A stretch of 64,000 bases of DNA from Patescibacteria group bacterium (GCA_044376225.1 JBILLF010000002.1:24192-88191); one strand, 5' to 3'; shown: positions 1 to 10,498, numbered from the stretch's first letter. Notes: generated by a model from the sequence alone, not told the origin. Numbers and translations: made by a program.

Positions 1-706
1 GCTCGTAAAGGCCAACCTCCGCTTCGTGGTTTCGGTGGCGAAGCAGTATCAGAATCAGGGTCTGTCACTTGGTGACCTCATCAACGAAGGCAACCTTGGA
101 CTCATCAAGGCTGCCAAGCGTTTCGATGAAACACGGGGCTTCAAGTTCATCTCCTACGCCGTGTGGTGGATCCGCCAGAGCATCCTTCAGGCGCTGGCCG
201 AGCAGTCACGTATCGTGCGCCTGCCGCTTAATCGCGTCGGCGCCCTAAATAAGATCGGCAAGAAGTTCTCCGAACTCGAACAGCAGTACGAGCGCGAACC
301 AACGGCTGCCGAGCTGGCTGAGCAGTTGGAAATGTCGATCGCCGAGATCTCTGAAACGATCAAGATCAGCGGACGCCACCTCTCGGTGGATGCCCCATTT
401 GTGCAGGGTGAAGACAACCGACTGCTTGACATTCTCCCAAATGATCAACAGCCGCCTCCAGACAGTGAGCTGATGCGCGAATCGCTTCGTGTTGAAGTGC
501 AGCAGGTGCTTAACACCCTGAGTGAGCGTGAAGCCGAAGTGATCCGACTGTACTTCGGACTTGATGACCAGCAGGCACTGACGTTGGAAGAGATCGGCGA
601 GAAGTTCAATCTCACTCGCGAACGCGTTCGTCAGATCAAGGAAAAGGCGATCCGACGCCTACGTCACGCCTCACGCAGCAAAGCACTACGCACCTATCTC
701 GGCTAA
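1..706 (+). CDS. rpoD: RNA polymerase sigma-70 factor (primary RpoD/SigA-like), 3' portion; the gene starts upstream of the window
   Basis: The reading frame is open from nt 2. The translation [42 protein letters not shown]...[12 protein letters not shown]...RLPLNRV...[30 protein letters not shown] matches sigma-70 regions 2.x, 3 and 4. Confidence 0.8.
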   Translation, partial: LVKANLRFVVSVAKQYQNQGLSLGDLINEGNLGLIKAAKRFDETRGFKFISYAVWWIRQSILQALAEQSRIVRLPLNRVGALNKIGKKFSELEQQYEREPTAAELAEQLEMSIAEISETIKISGRHLSVDAPFVQGEDNRLLDILPNDQQPPPDSELMRESLRVEVQQVLNTLSEREAEVIRLYFGLDDQQALTLEEIGEKFNLTRERVRQIKEKAIRRLRHASRSKALRTYLG

Positions 707-745
707 TGGGCTTGCCCAGCCGGCAAAGTGCGCGACGCGTCGAGT

Positions 746-1294
746 ATGAGTACGTACGATGAATACCTCGGTGTGGTAACACGCTCGCACGGACTCGACG
801 GCACCGTCGTTCTGAGCGATGTTGTGGCTCCCCCTTCACCACTGCGCCCAGGACAACACGTTGCGATCGGATTTTCTCGAGACTTTGCGACGCCCCATCG
901 CGTGGTGGCGTTCAGTTGTACCGAGTTCCGGACCACTCTGCGTTTGGCAGACATAACATCTGCTGAGGCCACAGGCCCTCTGCTCGATCAGGCCGTGTAT
1001 TTCTGCGCCAACGATCTTGGGATGGACTCGTCACTTCGATACCGGATCGGTGATGTTGAAGGATGTGCTGTCGTTGACGAGACCGGAGAGCACCTCGGCA
1101 CAGTCACTGATGTCTGGCTGATGCCGGCCAATGATGTGTGGGTTGTGACAACGACCTCTGGTACAACGATCCCCCTACCGGTGATCGACGACGTGATCCT
1201 TTCGGTCGACCTGGCGCAACGATGTATAAAAGTTCGCCTTCTGCCAGGTCTTCGTGACATCGATGCTCTCACCTCTGAGCGCGACGATGACTGA
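746..1294 (+). CDS. rimM: 16S rRNA processing protein RimM (PRC barrel)
   Basis: An N-terminal glycine-rich region (YLGVVTRSHGLDGTVVL) is followed by a PRC-barrel-like C-terminus. The gene sits immediately upstream of trmD, overlapping it. An alternative start is at 728. Confidence 0.7.
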   Translation: MSTYDEYLGVVTRSHGLDGTVVLSDVVAPPSPLRPGQHVAIGFSRDFATPHRVVAFSCTEFRTTLRLADITSAEATGPLLDQAVYFCANDLGMDSSLRYRIGDVEGCAVVDETGEHLGTVTDVWLMPANDVWVVTTTSGTTIPLPVIDDVILSVDLAQRCIKVRLLPGLRDIDALTSERDDD

Positions 1295-1994
1295 GCCGAA
1301 GATCCGAATTGACATAGTCTGCGTTGTCCCGCAGATACTCGAGTCTGTGGTGTCCACATCGATCCTAGGCCGAGCGCGACAGCGGGGAATCGCCGAGATC
1401 GTCCTGCACAATCTGCATGACTATGCCACGGACACATTTCGGCATATTGACGACTCACCCTATGGCGGCGGTGCCGGCATGATCATCCAGTGCGAGCCGG
1501 TGTTTACCTGCATCGAAGCGTTGAAGGCACAGCGCGCCTATGATGAGGTGGTCTATCTGTGTCCTGACGGCGAGCAGCTTACACAGTCGATGTGTAACGA
1601 CCTCTCTTTGAGCTCATCACTGATTCTGCTGTGTGGTCATTATAAGGGAATTGACCAGCGTATTCGAGACATCCTCGTCACTCGTGAGATCTCCGTGGGC
1701 GATTATGTGCTTACCGGCGGCGAGATCGCTGCAGCGGTCTTGACGGATGCCATCGTGCGGCTTGTCCCGGGTGTTGTAGGTGATGCGGAGAGCGTGCTTG
1801 AAGACTCCTTTATGCATGGCCTGCTGGACGCGCCACACTACACCAAGCCAGCAGACTTCCGCGGACATAGAGTCCCCGAGGCTCTTCTCTCCGGCAACCA
1901 TGCTCGCATTCGGGAATGGCGAAACGAACAAGCCCTCGAGAAAACCCGTCTGCGACGTCCTGATCTTCTCCCGGGAATAGGAGATCACGAGTGA
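1287..1994 (+). CDS. trmD: tRNA (guanine37-N1)-methyltransferase TrmD
   Basis: IRIDIVCVVPQI...SPYGGGAGMI...LCGHYKGIDQRI...VGDYVLTGGEIAAAVLTDAIVRLVPGV are TrmD SPOUT motifs. The ATG overlaps the rimM stop (GATGACTGA). Confidence 0.85.
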   Translation: MTEPKIRIDIVCVVPQILESVVSTSILGRARQRGIAEIVLHNLHDYATDTFRHIDDSPYGGGAGMIIQCEPVFTCIEALKAQRAYDEVVYLCPDGEQLTQSMCNDLSLSSSLILLCGHYKGIDQRIRDILVTREISVGDYVLTGGEIAAAVLTDAIVRLVPGVVGDAESVLEDSFMHGLLDAPHYTKPADFRGHRVPEALLSGNHARIREWRNEQALEKTRLRRPDLLPGIGDHE

Positions 1995-2851
1995 ACATCG
2001 AGACAGTTGTTTCGATACCCAATCGTCACGGTGACATACTCAACACAACCGTGACGCTTCCTGATGCATCGATCCGCAGAGCCCCTTTGATGATCATCCT
2101 TCATGGACACAGGGGCTTCCGCAACTACGGCTTTTTACCGTGGATCGCTCAAGGTGCCAGCCAGTGTGGTATGATTGCACTACGCATGTGCTTCTCCTTA
2201 AATGGCATGAACAACACGTCGTGGCGTGTTGAAAAGCCTGACGATTTCGCACGCAACACTCTTACACGTGAGGTTGATGACGTCCATGACCTTATGTCGG
2301 CCCTCATTACGCATGAGTTGTTTGAGCCGATTCGTGACCGATGGGACGGACGCCTTTTCATCGTCGGTCACTCGCGCGGCGGTGGAATTGCTCAGGTGGC
2401 AGCGGCCGAACTCGTCTCATCAGATTACCACCCATTCGAAGATCTTCGAGTTACGGGGCTCAACTCGGTCGGCACGTGGACTCGGTGGACGCCTCGTCAG
2501 GCCCAGGAGTGGAAGAGTGCAGGATTTGTTGACACCGTCAATCAACGCACCGGCCAGACCCTGCGGATAAATGCGACGTTCGTAGATGATATAGAGCAGA
2601 ATGCCGCACGGCTTTCTCTGGAGAATTCCGTCAGGATCCTCGGTCACCGGCTGTTGTTTATCCATGCTGCACAGGATCTAACCGTACCATTGGGTGAGGT
2701 CCGCCGTCTGGTGACTGCCGCGAACTCTGGGGCGCATCTTCAGGTGATCGAAAACACCACGCATACGTTCGGCATGACGCACCCGGTGGAGCGGATCACA
2801 CCCGGGTTTCTCGAAACATTCAACGCATTGATGGAGTGGACGGCATCGTGA
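1991..2851 (+). CDS. alpha/beta-fold hydrolase (serine hydrolase, GHSRGG nucleophile elbow)
   Basis: GxSxG motif (IVGHSRGGGIAQ). The length is about 286 aa. The GTG start overlaps the trmD stop (GTGA). Confidence 0.6.
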   Translation: MNIETVVSIPNRHGDILNTTVTLPDASIRRAPLMIILHGHRGFRNYGFLPWIAQGASQCGMIALRMCFSLNGMNNTSWRVEKPDDFARNTLTREVDDVHDLMSALITHELFEPIRDRWDGRLFIVGHSRGGGIAQVAAAELVSSDYHPFEDLRVTGLNSVGTWTRWTPRQAQEWKSAGFVDTVNQRTGQTLRINATFVDDIEQNAARLSLENSVRILGHRLLFIHAAQDLTVPLGEVRRLVTAANSGAHLQVIENTTHTFGMTHPVERITPGFLETFNALMEWTAS

Positions 2852-3285
2852 ACCGCAATCGTCTTCTGATTCGATCTGCTATTCTATGTACGCTTGTGCT
2901 CTGCGGCTGCGAGCTCTTTGTGATAGGCTCAGCGAAGCGGTCTAAAGCACCAATCGAGCGGAGCCAGCGCACGTCTGCCGGTGTTGTGCATGTGTTTAAA
3001 GCCGAGCTCGACAGTGGCAACACCACGGCAGCGACGGAGGTGATGGTCAATGCCTCTGGTCGCCCACTGCTCGCCGTTGAAAAGTACGAACTGGCAGACG
3101 ATCTGGTGCGCTGGCGTTCCGTCATGGCCGGTGTGCCAATCTCAGACACGGAAGTGGACACGCTTGCCGAAGGAGTTCATGACGTGACCATTACACTCGA
3201 CTATATCCGTCGCATGCGTTTTACTACGATGCGCAGAGACAATCAGTGGTGGATCACCAAGATCACGGATCTGCAGCGCCGTTGA
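2836..3285 (+). CDS. small hypothetical secreted or lipoprotein-like protein
   Basis: The N-terminus has a hydrophobic signal-like segment with Cys residues (LCTLVLCGCELF). I recognise no family. The start is GTG-type. Confidence 0.35.
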   Translation: MDGIVNRNRLLIRSAILCTLVLCGCELFVIGSAKRSKAPIERSQRTSAGVVHVFKAELDSGNTTAATEVMVNASGRPLLAVEKYELADDLVRWRSVMAGVPISDTEVDTLAEGVHDVTITLDYIRRMRFTTMRRDNQWWITKITDLQRR

Positions 3286-3331
3286 GAATGCCTGCTGGTT
3301 TACTGTAACCGAGTCTCGGCTCAGATATTCC

Positions 3332-4672
3332 TTATCGGACAACCGTCACCGGCACCGTAGTGACGCCCGCGGCCGAGCTCACCGATGCCATATACACTCC
3401 GCTCGGCAGCGTTGCGGTTTCCAGCCAGACCGTCGTTGTCAGGTCCGGGCGCGCAACGGTGGCGTGCGATGGAATCACTGACCGACCTGCCGCATCGCGG
3501 AGGACAACCTCGACTGTACCTGCGTGTTTCGATGTCACATCAATGCGCACTCGATCGGTAGCAGGATTTGGATAGGCTTCAAGACGCACAACGGTCGGAA
3601 GCTCCTCGTCGACAGAAGTTGCCGAACCATGACGCATGACGAATTCACCAACTGGAGCGATGTACTCGTCTCCGCTACGCGTAATTATAACAGCACGCGA
3701 AGCGCCGTCATCATTGCGGAACCCGTCGCGAACCTTGGTCCATGTTGCTCCGTAGTCGGTACTACGAAAAGGTCCGGAGACCTTCTCAACTGTGGCCAGA
3801 ATCAAGCCGTTCGCTCCGATAGCGATCGAGGATACTCGGTTGTTGGTAATGTCGTTGTTATCCCATCCGTTGGTTAAGTACGACCACGATTCACCGTCAT
3901 TGGTAGACTTCATGACGACTGCATTCTTGGTCTTGGTCGAGGCCGCGAGGGAGTTTCTGCCGACATAGAGGTGCCCCTTTTCGTCATAGGCCATCGTCTT
4001 AAACGCATCATCACTCTCTCCCGACGAAGGGTCGGAGTCAATACGTGTCCATGACGCTCCAAAGTTGCTTGAGCGGTAAAGCCCCTTGTTGTAACTCACG
4101 AGCACAAAGAACTTGTCAGAGTTTGGCGTCATGTACGCACCAAAGATGGACGAAATGGCGCTTGGAAGTGTTGACTTTGGAACTTCCGTGAATGTCTCAC
4201 CGCCATCGTCAGAGCGCCGCAGTAGGAGTGCAGTCGTTCCGCCGTCATAACCGAGAAGAATCCTCAGCTTGCCATTGGGGAGCTTCTTCAAATCAAAGAA
4301 GATGCGGGCATTCTGGACGATATCAGGAATGTTGATGTCGAGCTGTTTCCAGGTTACGCCGTCGTCATCAGATCGATAGAGGCCTCGTCCATTAACGGTC
4401 ATATAGATCACGTCGTTGTCGGTCACCCGTATCTGCGAGATCGTGTAAAAGTTGATGCCGTCATCGATCCCCTGATCGAAGGGCTCCCACGTCTGCCCCT
4501 TGTCGGTGGTCCGATAGACCTTGCTGTACTCAGTTCCAGCAAAGACATGCCCCTTGGAGTTTGATGCAAGAGCAACGGTCGGAGCTGCCGGGCCAGTGGT
4601 CTCAGTCCAATACTGCGCAAAGGCCGCTGATGACAAGACAACTGAGAGCGCAACGGTACAGAGAAGGCGCAT
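3332..4672 (-). CDS. secreted BNR/Asp-box repeat protein with a T9SS C-terminal sorting domain
   Basis: Signal peptide (MRLLCTVALSVVLSSAAFAQ). Repeated S-x-D-x-G-x-T-W motifs (TTDKGQTWEP, SDDDGVTWKQ, SDDGGETFTE, STNDGESWSY, STDYGATWTK). The C-terminus LEAYPNPATDRVRIDV...GVYMASV is typical of Por-secretion CTDs. Confidence 0.7.
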   Translation of the reverse strand: MRLLCTVALSVVLSSAAFAQYWTETTGPAAPTVALASNSKGHVFAGTEYSKVYRTTDKGQTWEPFDQGIDDGINFYTISQIRVTDNDVIYMTVNGRGLYRSDDDGVTWKQLDINIPDIVQNARIFFDLKKLPNGKLRILLGYDGGTTALLLRRSDDGGETFTEVPKSTLPSAISSIFGAYMTPNSDKFFVLVSYNKGLYRSSNFGASWTRIDSDPSSGESDDAFKTMAYDEKGHLYVGRNSLAASTKTKNAVVMKSTNDGESWSYLTNGWDNNDITNNRVSSIAIGANGLILATVEKVSGPFRSTDYGATWTKVRDGFRNDDGASRAVIITRSGDEYIAPVGEFVMRHGSATSVDEELPTVVRLEAYPNPATDRVRIDVTSKHAGTVEVVLRDAAGRSVIPSHATVARPDLTTTVWLETATLPSGVYMASVSSAAGVTTVPVTVVR

Positions 4673-4778
4673 GTGGATCCTTGAACGAAGTTCGAACTTG
4701 ACGACAACACCCACCATTATGATGGGTTATGTTTGTGTCGCTTGGAATTTACCACTTTTTCGGGAGCAGGCAGGGGGC

Positions 4779-6209
4779 ATGCACATTCACTTTATCGGTG
4801 TTGGCGGCACGGCCATGGGTTCAGTTGCGGTAGCCTGCAGAATGCAGGGGCACCACGTTACTGGGAGTGACGGACCGGTGTACGAGCCAATGCGATCAGT
4901 GCTGGATTCAGCAGGCATCGACCGCCGTGAAGGATTCAGTGCTGAGACCGTACATGATCTACACCCTGATCTCACGGTTGTCGGTAATGCTATCAGCCGC
5001 GGCAACCCAGAACTTGAATACGTTCTCGATGAGCGTCAAGAGATGACGTCGATGGCCGAACTCGTCGGACGACTATTCATCTCCAAGAACACCTCGATCG
5101 TCTGTTGCGGAACGCATGGCAAGACCACGACGTCGAGCATGACAGCATGGCTCTTTGAACATGCAGGCCGACGACCTGGTTTCCTCATTGGTGGGGTACC
5201 GGGCAACTTCGACGTGGGGTGCCGTCCGGTGCCTTCCGGGGTGCACGACACGCATGCCGGCGTCTTTGTCAGCGAAGGCGACGAATATGACACAGCCTTC
5301 TTTGACAAACGCAGCAAGTTTGTTCACTACCGCCCGACGATCGCCGTGATCAACAACCTCGAATTCGATCATGCCGATATCTTCGAAGACCTTGAGGCCA
5401 TCATCCGCTCATTCCGGCAGATGGTACGTATCATTCCGCGCTCTGGCGTCGTGGTAGTCAATGCCGATGACGCCAACGCTCTGCGCGCGGCAGAGGGCTC
5501 TCCAACGCGGGTGGAGACACTGGGCTTGGCAGATTCCGCGACATGGAGAATTCATGATGTTGTCGAAATGCTCGATGCCACACAGTGGTCACTCTCCTAC
5601 AACGGTTCGCTCTATGGTCGCTTTTTGCTGCCCATGCCGGGCATACACAATGTTCGCAACGCCTGCATGGCTGTTGCATCGACATTCCACGCCGGACTGA
5701 CAGCTCGCGAGCAGGAACTAGCCATGCCGCTGTTCGTCGCGCCAAAGCGTCGACTCGAAGTGCTTGGAACATGGCAGGGAGCAACGGTTCTGGACGATTT
5801 CGCCCATCACCCAACGGCGATCGCCGCGACCATTGAGGCACTACGACAGAAGTACCCTTCAGCTCAGATCCATGTGGTCTTTGAGCCTCGCTCCAACACG
5901 ACTACGCGCAACTTCTTCCAGACCGAACTCAGCCGATGTTTTGATGGGGCCGCAAGTGTCTGCCTTGGGCCGGTCAACCGACCCGAGCGTTATGCCGAAC
6001 ATGAACGTCTCGATACGGCACGCCTCGTGCGTGAGATCTCACAACGTGGGGTAATTGCCACGTCGATTGATGCACAACGTGCGACTGACCCCTCATGGGG
6101 CAGAGACGCCATGGACGTGCTCCTACGCCATGTTTGCCCCGGTGACGTTGTTGCTATTCTCAGCAATGGTGATGTTGGCGGATTGCGCCGGATGCTCACC
6201 CAACAATAG
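4779..6209 (+). CDS. mpl: UDP-N-acetylmuramate:L-alanyl-gamma-D-glutamyl-meso-diaminopimelate ligase (Mpl; Mur ligase family)
   Basis: The N-terminus MHIHFIGVGGTAMGSVAVACRMQGHHVTGSD begins directly at the Rossmann motif, as in Mpl rather than MurC. Mur-ligase ATP-binding GTHGKTTTS is present. The longer six-frame ORF (from 4521) would overlap the divergent upstream gene. Confidence 0.75.
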   Translation: MHIHFIGVGGTAMGSVAVACRMQGHHVTGSDGPVYEPMRSVLDSAGIDRREGFSAETVHDLHPDLTVVGNAISRGNPELEYVLDERQEMTSMAELVGRLFISKNTSIVCCGTHGKTTTSSMTAWLFEHAGRRPGFLIGGVPGNFDVGCRPVPSGVHDTHAGVFVSEGDEYDTAFFDKRSKFVHYRPTIAVINNLEFDHADIFEDLEAIIRSFRQMVRIIPRSGVVVVNADDANALRAAEGSPTRVETLGLADSATWRIHDVVEMLDATQWSLSYNGSLYGRFLLPMPGIHNVRNACMAVASTFHAGLTAREQELAMPLFVAPKRRLEVLGTWQGATVLDDFAHHPTAIAATIEALRQKYPSAQIHVVFEPRSNTTTRNFFQTELSRCFDGAASVCLGPVNRPERYAEHERLDTARLVREISQRGVIATSIDAQRATDPSWGRDAMDVLLRHVCPGDVVAILSNGDVGGLRRMLTQQ

Positions 6210-6223
6210 ATGGTGCAAGCCCC

Positions 6224-9200
6224 CTAGCGCTGTATCCAGATCTTTCGCAGAACGGGTTCTGCATCGGAGTTGGATGTGGTGTTGACCACGCGAAGGTAGT
6301 AGAGTCCGGGCACAAGCGAGCGCCCATTATCCAGTCGTAAATCCCACTCGATTCCGCCGACGGCTGCCGTTGTGACCAGAGTTGCAAGGGGCGTAAATGC
6401 GGCATCGAGAACTTCAATACTCGACGATGCTGGCAGCCCCGCAATCGTCAGCGTGGTGTGCTCGTTGAGCCTCAGCGGCTGGGGATAGGCATACACCTGG
6501 CCCAGATCTTGTGCAACGACTGTAAAGAGCAGCGACGAGCCGATTCCCGTCGATATGACTTCTCCATTCGTGCCGACAATGTCACGTGCAGTGATCTTGT
6601 ATGGCGTACCACGAGCCACAAGCGGCTGATCAGTTGAAAGGATCAGATCAACGGTGCTGTCATTCACGGCATTCACCGCGCTGATACTGCCGGCCGGAGT
6701 TAGCCGATAGCTCTCAGTCCTTAGTGCCGTTTGCGTGACAGACCTGCTAAAGGTGGCACGCAGGGACAGTGGCGAGAGAACTCGGATCGAACTGAGCACG
6801 ATCTCCTGAACAGACGAAGGGTCCTGCGTGAGTCGAAACCGAAGAGTCGTCGCAGGCACATCGAGCCCCGTAACGGTCCGAAGGCCATTCAGGTCAACCT
6901 CCAGAGTGTCCGGAGCCACCAGCGCAGGAAGCGTAATGACAAGATCGCGAAGTGTGCGGGCGACAATCGAGCGAGCGCTAAGAGGCATGCCGGATCGATC
7001 ACGTGCAACGACCTGCGACCGATACAGTTTTGAAACATCCAAGTCATCGGAGGCGATCACGCGAAGCTGCACACCAGTAACGCACTCATTTGATGTAACG
7101 CTGTCTCGATCGCCAATGATGCGGATGGTGTCGTCATCTCGAAAGACCGTCACAACATTCGAGGATTCACTCAGTATGTCCGGGGCCTGAACGACGGCGC
7201 GCACGGCAAAACGGACCACAGGACCATCGAGATCGGTGTGCGCGATTACACTTCGAGCACCGAACGTCCCAGGCATTCGTCTCAGGGGGGCCGTTGGAAG
7301 ACCCTGCAGAACGAGGCATTCTGTGCCTGCTGAGGCAGTGAACCAGTCCAGGACAACACTGTCACGCAGCCAACGTGCTTTCAGCGACATCGGTGCCGCG
7401 ACGCGCGGCGTAGTTAGTGCCTCTGTGAATGAGAACGATGTCATGGCACCGATCTCATCAACCGTCACGCCATAACCGAGCTCATTTCGTCCATTGCCGT
7501 CGAAGTCATGAATCAAAAACCGCGGCGAGGCAGCGTCATTGATGAAGCGCTTACACGTGATCACCGTGTCCGCGCCGAGTGCATTGCGGCCAAAGACGTA
7601 CAATCGAGGGAATGCGCAGATCACGATTTCCTGGCCCGGTTGATCATCAAGCTGGCCGATGGCTACCCCGTTGCGATATCCTATCCCATAGCGAACGCCG
7701 GCCACGCGCTCCTGCCAGAATGATGCGAATGCATTATCACCCGTCGAGCTCAGGGCCGTGTATGTCCAAACAGAACGTCCGTAATCGCCATTGGCATCGG
7801 GGTCGGTCCTGTCAGGTACACCGAAAAGGACATCTGGCTTTCCGTCACCGGTCACATCCCCAACGGCAACGAACCCCGAGCCCCCTACCCCGGTGGAGGT
7901 GAGCGTATGCGTGACAACGAACGAGGCTCCGGTCCATTCGGCTATGACAAGATCACCATCGTTGTCACCAAAAGCGATTTCCAAACGGCCGTCTCCATCG
8001 AAGTCTCCCGATCCGATACTGATCTCATCAACGCGGTTGGAGGCATTGCCTTCGGCCGGTGGCGTCGGATTCGCGACGGACCCCAAAAGCCGGAATGTCG
8101 AGCCCGTGAATGTAAGCACCTGTAGCCCGTCATCGGACAGGGCTAGGATCTCCTCCCGCCCGTCCCCATCAATGTCGGCCATGCCGGCGGCATTAAGTTC
8201 ACCGCTCGTATCGGCATAGACTACTCTGGTAAAGGGGCTGGAGTCTTTCACAGCTTGCTCGAGCAGCACAACCTTGCCGACGGTATGTACAAGCAGGTCT
8301 GTCAGGCCATTACCGTTAGCATCACCCAGTGCGCGAGGGATGTACACATCCGGCACCGAGTCACGAGTTTGCCACCGACCTTCCACGTACTGACGCGTTA
8401 CGAGTCCGCCAAAGCTACCTCGCCAAAGGTCACTCATCACCACCGTCGGGTGGCCGTCGCCATAAAGATCTCGGACATCGTTGAGAACGTAGCCAGTCCA
8501 TGATACGGGGTTCAGACTCCGCCAGTGCGCATCAGCGCCGGCAGCACGCATGTTCGGGGCGAACGTAATAGCAGTGTCAAGTATCGACCCGAGCTGCGTT
8601 GTGCATCGTAACGCCAGAGTCCGATCGGAGAGGGATCGAACAGTGTCCGGGACCACCATCGAGTGTACACGGCTACGTCTGAGAGACTGAGCAAGAATGC
8701 CCCCAATGGAATCGGGAGCGTCTCGCAGCTCACAGGCGCAGGGTTGCGAAAGCGTAGCCGTCACCACAGAAGTCCGACGCTCGGCGAGCCATACCGGCAC
8801 AACCTCGACTGAGCGCCAGGCAAGCGGCACGGGTGGCTGAACGCGCAGACGACGCAGCACGTCGAGCGGCCGACCATCACTGCTCGTCACCCGTAGTCTC
8901 AGCGTCAGCACAGCGCTGTCGGTCGGTGGAATGCTCACCCTGCCCAGTAGACCGTCACGTACTGCTGTAGAACCACCTCCGATGGTCGTCCACGAGCGCG
9001 GAGCTAGGCCTTCACCCCAGGCAAGTTCGTAGCCGGCAAAGCTCGAGAGCATTGTGCTACCGACTACGTCAAGCTGTGACGTTTTGGAAGGATCGATTTC
9101 AGACTCATTCCGAGGCGACGTGATTTCAACGCGGCTCCACGGTCCATCCTCAAGCACTCGGTCAGCCTGCACCAGGCCGGCTCCGAAGAGATCGTCCCAA

Positions 9201-10489
9201 CCGGGAGGCCCGAGGTCGAGTGACCGTTGCTGCAGCGTCGCACGTACGGATGATAGCGGCATATCGGCAAATCGTTCGCGCATCAATGCCACGGTGGCCG
9301 CCACATAGGGGGCAGAGAACGACGTTCCATTCACAGCCCTGTAGCGGCTTGACACGGACGTTGTCACCACGGCCTGACCCGGCGCACACAGGGCCACCAG
9401 AGCGCCGGAAGAGGAAAATGGTGAACGCCGGTTTTCGTCGCCCGTTGCCGCAACGGCAATAACTTCATCGTAGCCGGCCGGGAACTGCCGCGAAATCGTA
9501 CCAGTATTGCCAACCGAGGCTACAAGAACACAACCGCGCAGGCTTGCATACCGAACAGCATCGTGCATCAGCGGCGAGTCGGCACCATCACCGAAGCTCA
9601 TATTGATCACGTCCACACCTTGCTGTGCCAGATAGACAATGGCCGAGGCGATGTTATCCTCTTCGCCATTGCCCGTCGCGTCAAAAGCTCTAACCATGCG
9701 AAGCCGCGCATCGTAAGCCAGTCCGGCAATTCCTTTCCTGTTGTTCGGCGTGGCAGCGATGACGCCTGCTACAAGCGTTCCATGACCTTGTTCATCAAAA
9801 GGTATAGGGTCGAACGTCCGATCATCACCAAGATTACGAACCGACTGGTTCACCACGTCCACGCCGATGACGTCATCTACCACGCCGTTGGCATCATTAT
9901 CGAGGCCATCAAGGTCTCCGGCAATTCCTCCAAGTGTATCCGTATGCGGCCACGGCTCAAAACGCTGATTACCATTGCGATCCTCCTTCGCTGAGATATC
10001 CAGAGCGTCGATCAGATCTTCATGCGTCCAGTCAATGCCGGTATCGATGATCCCTACAACGATACCTTTACCAGTGGCGCGTTTCCATGCACCGGATGCA
10101 CCGATGCGATGCAAGGCATACTGCCGGTCAGCCAGGGAGTCATCCGTCAGAGCCCCCTCATGAAGCTTGAATCGCATCAGGGGGCGAACCATCTCCACGC
10201 CTTCACCCGAGGCAACGACGGAGGGGTCTATGCCCTCGGGCACCTCGATGACGACATAGCGTCCGAGCCGACGTAGTAGATCTCGTTCCTCGGATGACTG
10301 CGCCTGATCAAGGGCCTTCGAGCCTGTCATCGAGAGTGGCATCACGCGCGCCGCGGGCATGCCGCGCAGGGCCGCCGGCATGATGTCACCCGTGAGTCGT
10401 ATCAGCAGCCGCTGCTGCGCATGAAGGACTGTTGGAGTGCCGAGTACGGTGGCCGCAAGTAGAAGGATGATTCGGGAGAGGGTTTTCAC
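6224..10489 (-). CDS. secreted subtilisin-like serine protease (peptidase S8) with FG-GAP/VCBS-like repeats and a T9SS C-terminal domain
   Basis: Signal peptide. S8 catalytic motifs are present: DTGID (Asp), HGTLVAG (His) and GTSFSAPYVAA (Ser). Further in there are Asp/Gly-rich repeats (DGDGREE, DFDGDGRLE, DVTGDGKPD). The C-terminus GLYYLRVV...RKIWIQR looks like a Por CTD. Confidence 0.75.
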   Translation of the reverse strand: MKTLSRIILLLAATVLGTPTVLHAQQRLLIRLTGDIMPAALRGMPAARVMPLSMTGSKALDQAQSSEERDLLRRLGRYVVIEVPEGIDPSVVASGEGVEMVRPLMRFKLHEGALTDDSLADRQYALHRIGASGAWKRATGKGIVVGIIDTGIDWTHEDLIDALDISAKEDRNGNQRFEPWPHTDTLGGIAGDLDGLDNDANGVVDDVIGVDVVNQSVRNLGDDRTFDPIPFDEQGHGTLVAGVIAATPNNRKGIAGLAYDARLRMVRAFDATGNGEEDNIASAIVYLAQQGVDVINMSFGDGADSPLMHDAVRYASLRGCVLVASVGNTGTISRQFPAGYDEVIAVAATGDENRRSPFSSSGALVALCAPGQAVVTTSVSSRYRAVNGTSFSAPYVAATVALMRERFADMPLSSVRATLQQRSLDLGPPGWDDLFGAGLVQADRVLEDGPWSRVEITSPRNESEIDPSKTSQLDVVGSTMLSSFAGYELAWGEGLAPRSWTTIGGGSTAVRDGLLGRVSIPPTDSAVLTLRLRVTSSDGRPLDVLRRLRVQPPVPLAWRSVEVVPVWLAERRTSVVTATLSQPCACELRDAPDSIGGILAQSLRRSRVHSMVVPDTVRSLSDRTLALRCTTQLGSILDTAITFAPNMRAAGADAHWRSLNPVSWTGYVLNDVRDLYGDGHPTVVMSDLWRGSFGGLVTRQYVEGRWQTRDSVPDVYIPRALGDANGNGLTDLLVHTVGKVVLLEQAVKDSSPFTRVVYADTSGELNAAGMADIDGDGREEILALSDDGLQVLTFTGSTFRLLGSVANPTPPAEGNASNRVDEISIGSGDFDGDGRLEIAFGDNDGDLVIAEWTGASFVVTHTLTSTGVGGSGFVAVGDVTGDGKPDVLFGVPDRTDPDANGDYGRSVWTYTALSSTGDNAFASFWQERVAGVRYGIGYRNGVAIGQLDDQPGQEIVICAFPRLYVFGRNALGADTVITCKRFINDAASPRFLIHDFDGNGRNELGYGVTVDEIGAMTSFSFTEALTTPRVAAPMSLKARWLRDSVVLDWFTASAGTECLVLQGLPTAPLRRMPGTFGARSVIAHTDLDGPVVRFAVRAVVQAPDILSESSNVVTVFRDDDTIRIIGDRDSVTSNECVTGVQLRVIASDDLDVSKLYRSQVVARDRSGMPLSARSIVARTLRDLVITLPALVAPDTLEVDLNGLRTVTGLDVPATTLRFRLTQDPSSVQEIVLSSIRVLSPLSLRATFSRSVTQTALRTESYRLTPAGSISAVNAVNDSTVDLILSTDQPLVARGTPYKITARDIVGTNGEVISTGIGSSLLFTVVAQDLGQVYAYPQPLRLNEHTTLTIAGLPASSSIEVLDAAFTPLATLVTTAAVGGIEWDLRLDNGRSLVPGLYYLRVVNTTSNSDAEPVLRKIWIQR

Positions 10490-10498
10490 ACGCGTGTC

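Noticed and set aside
187-448. Minus-strand ORFs (81 and 67 aa) inside rpoD
   Set aside because: They are embedded antisense within a strongly conserved sigma-70 coding frame. They look like typical shadow ORFs of GC-rich DNA, with no motifs.
4521-4778. N-terminal extension of the mpl ORF back to 4521
   Set aside because: It would overlap the divergent BNR gene start. The Mpl homology begins exactly at the ATG at 4779 (MHIHFIGVGG).
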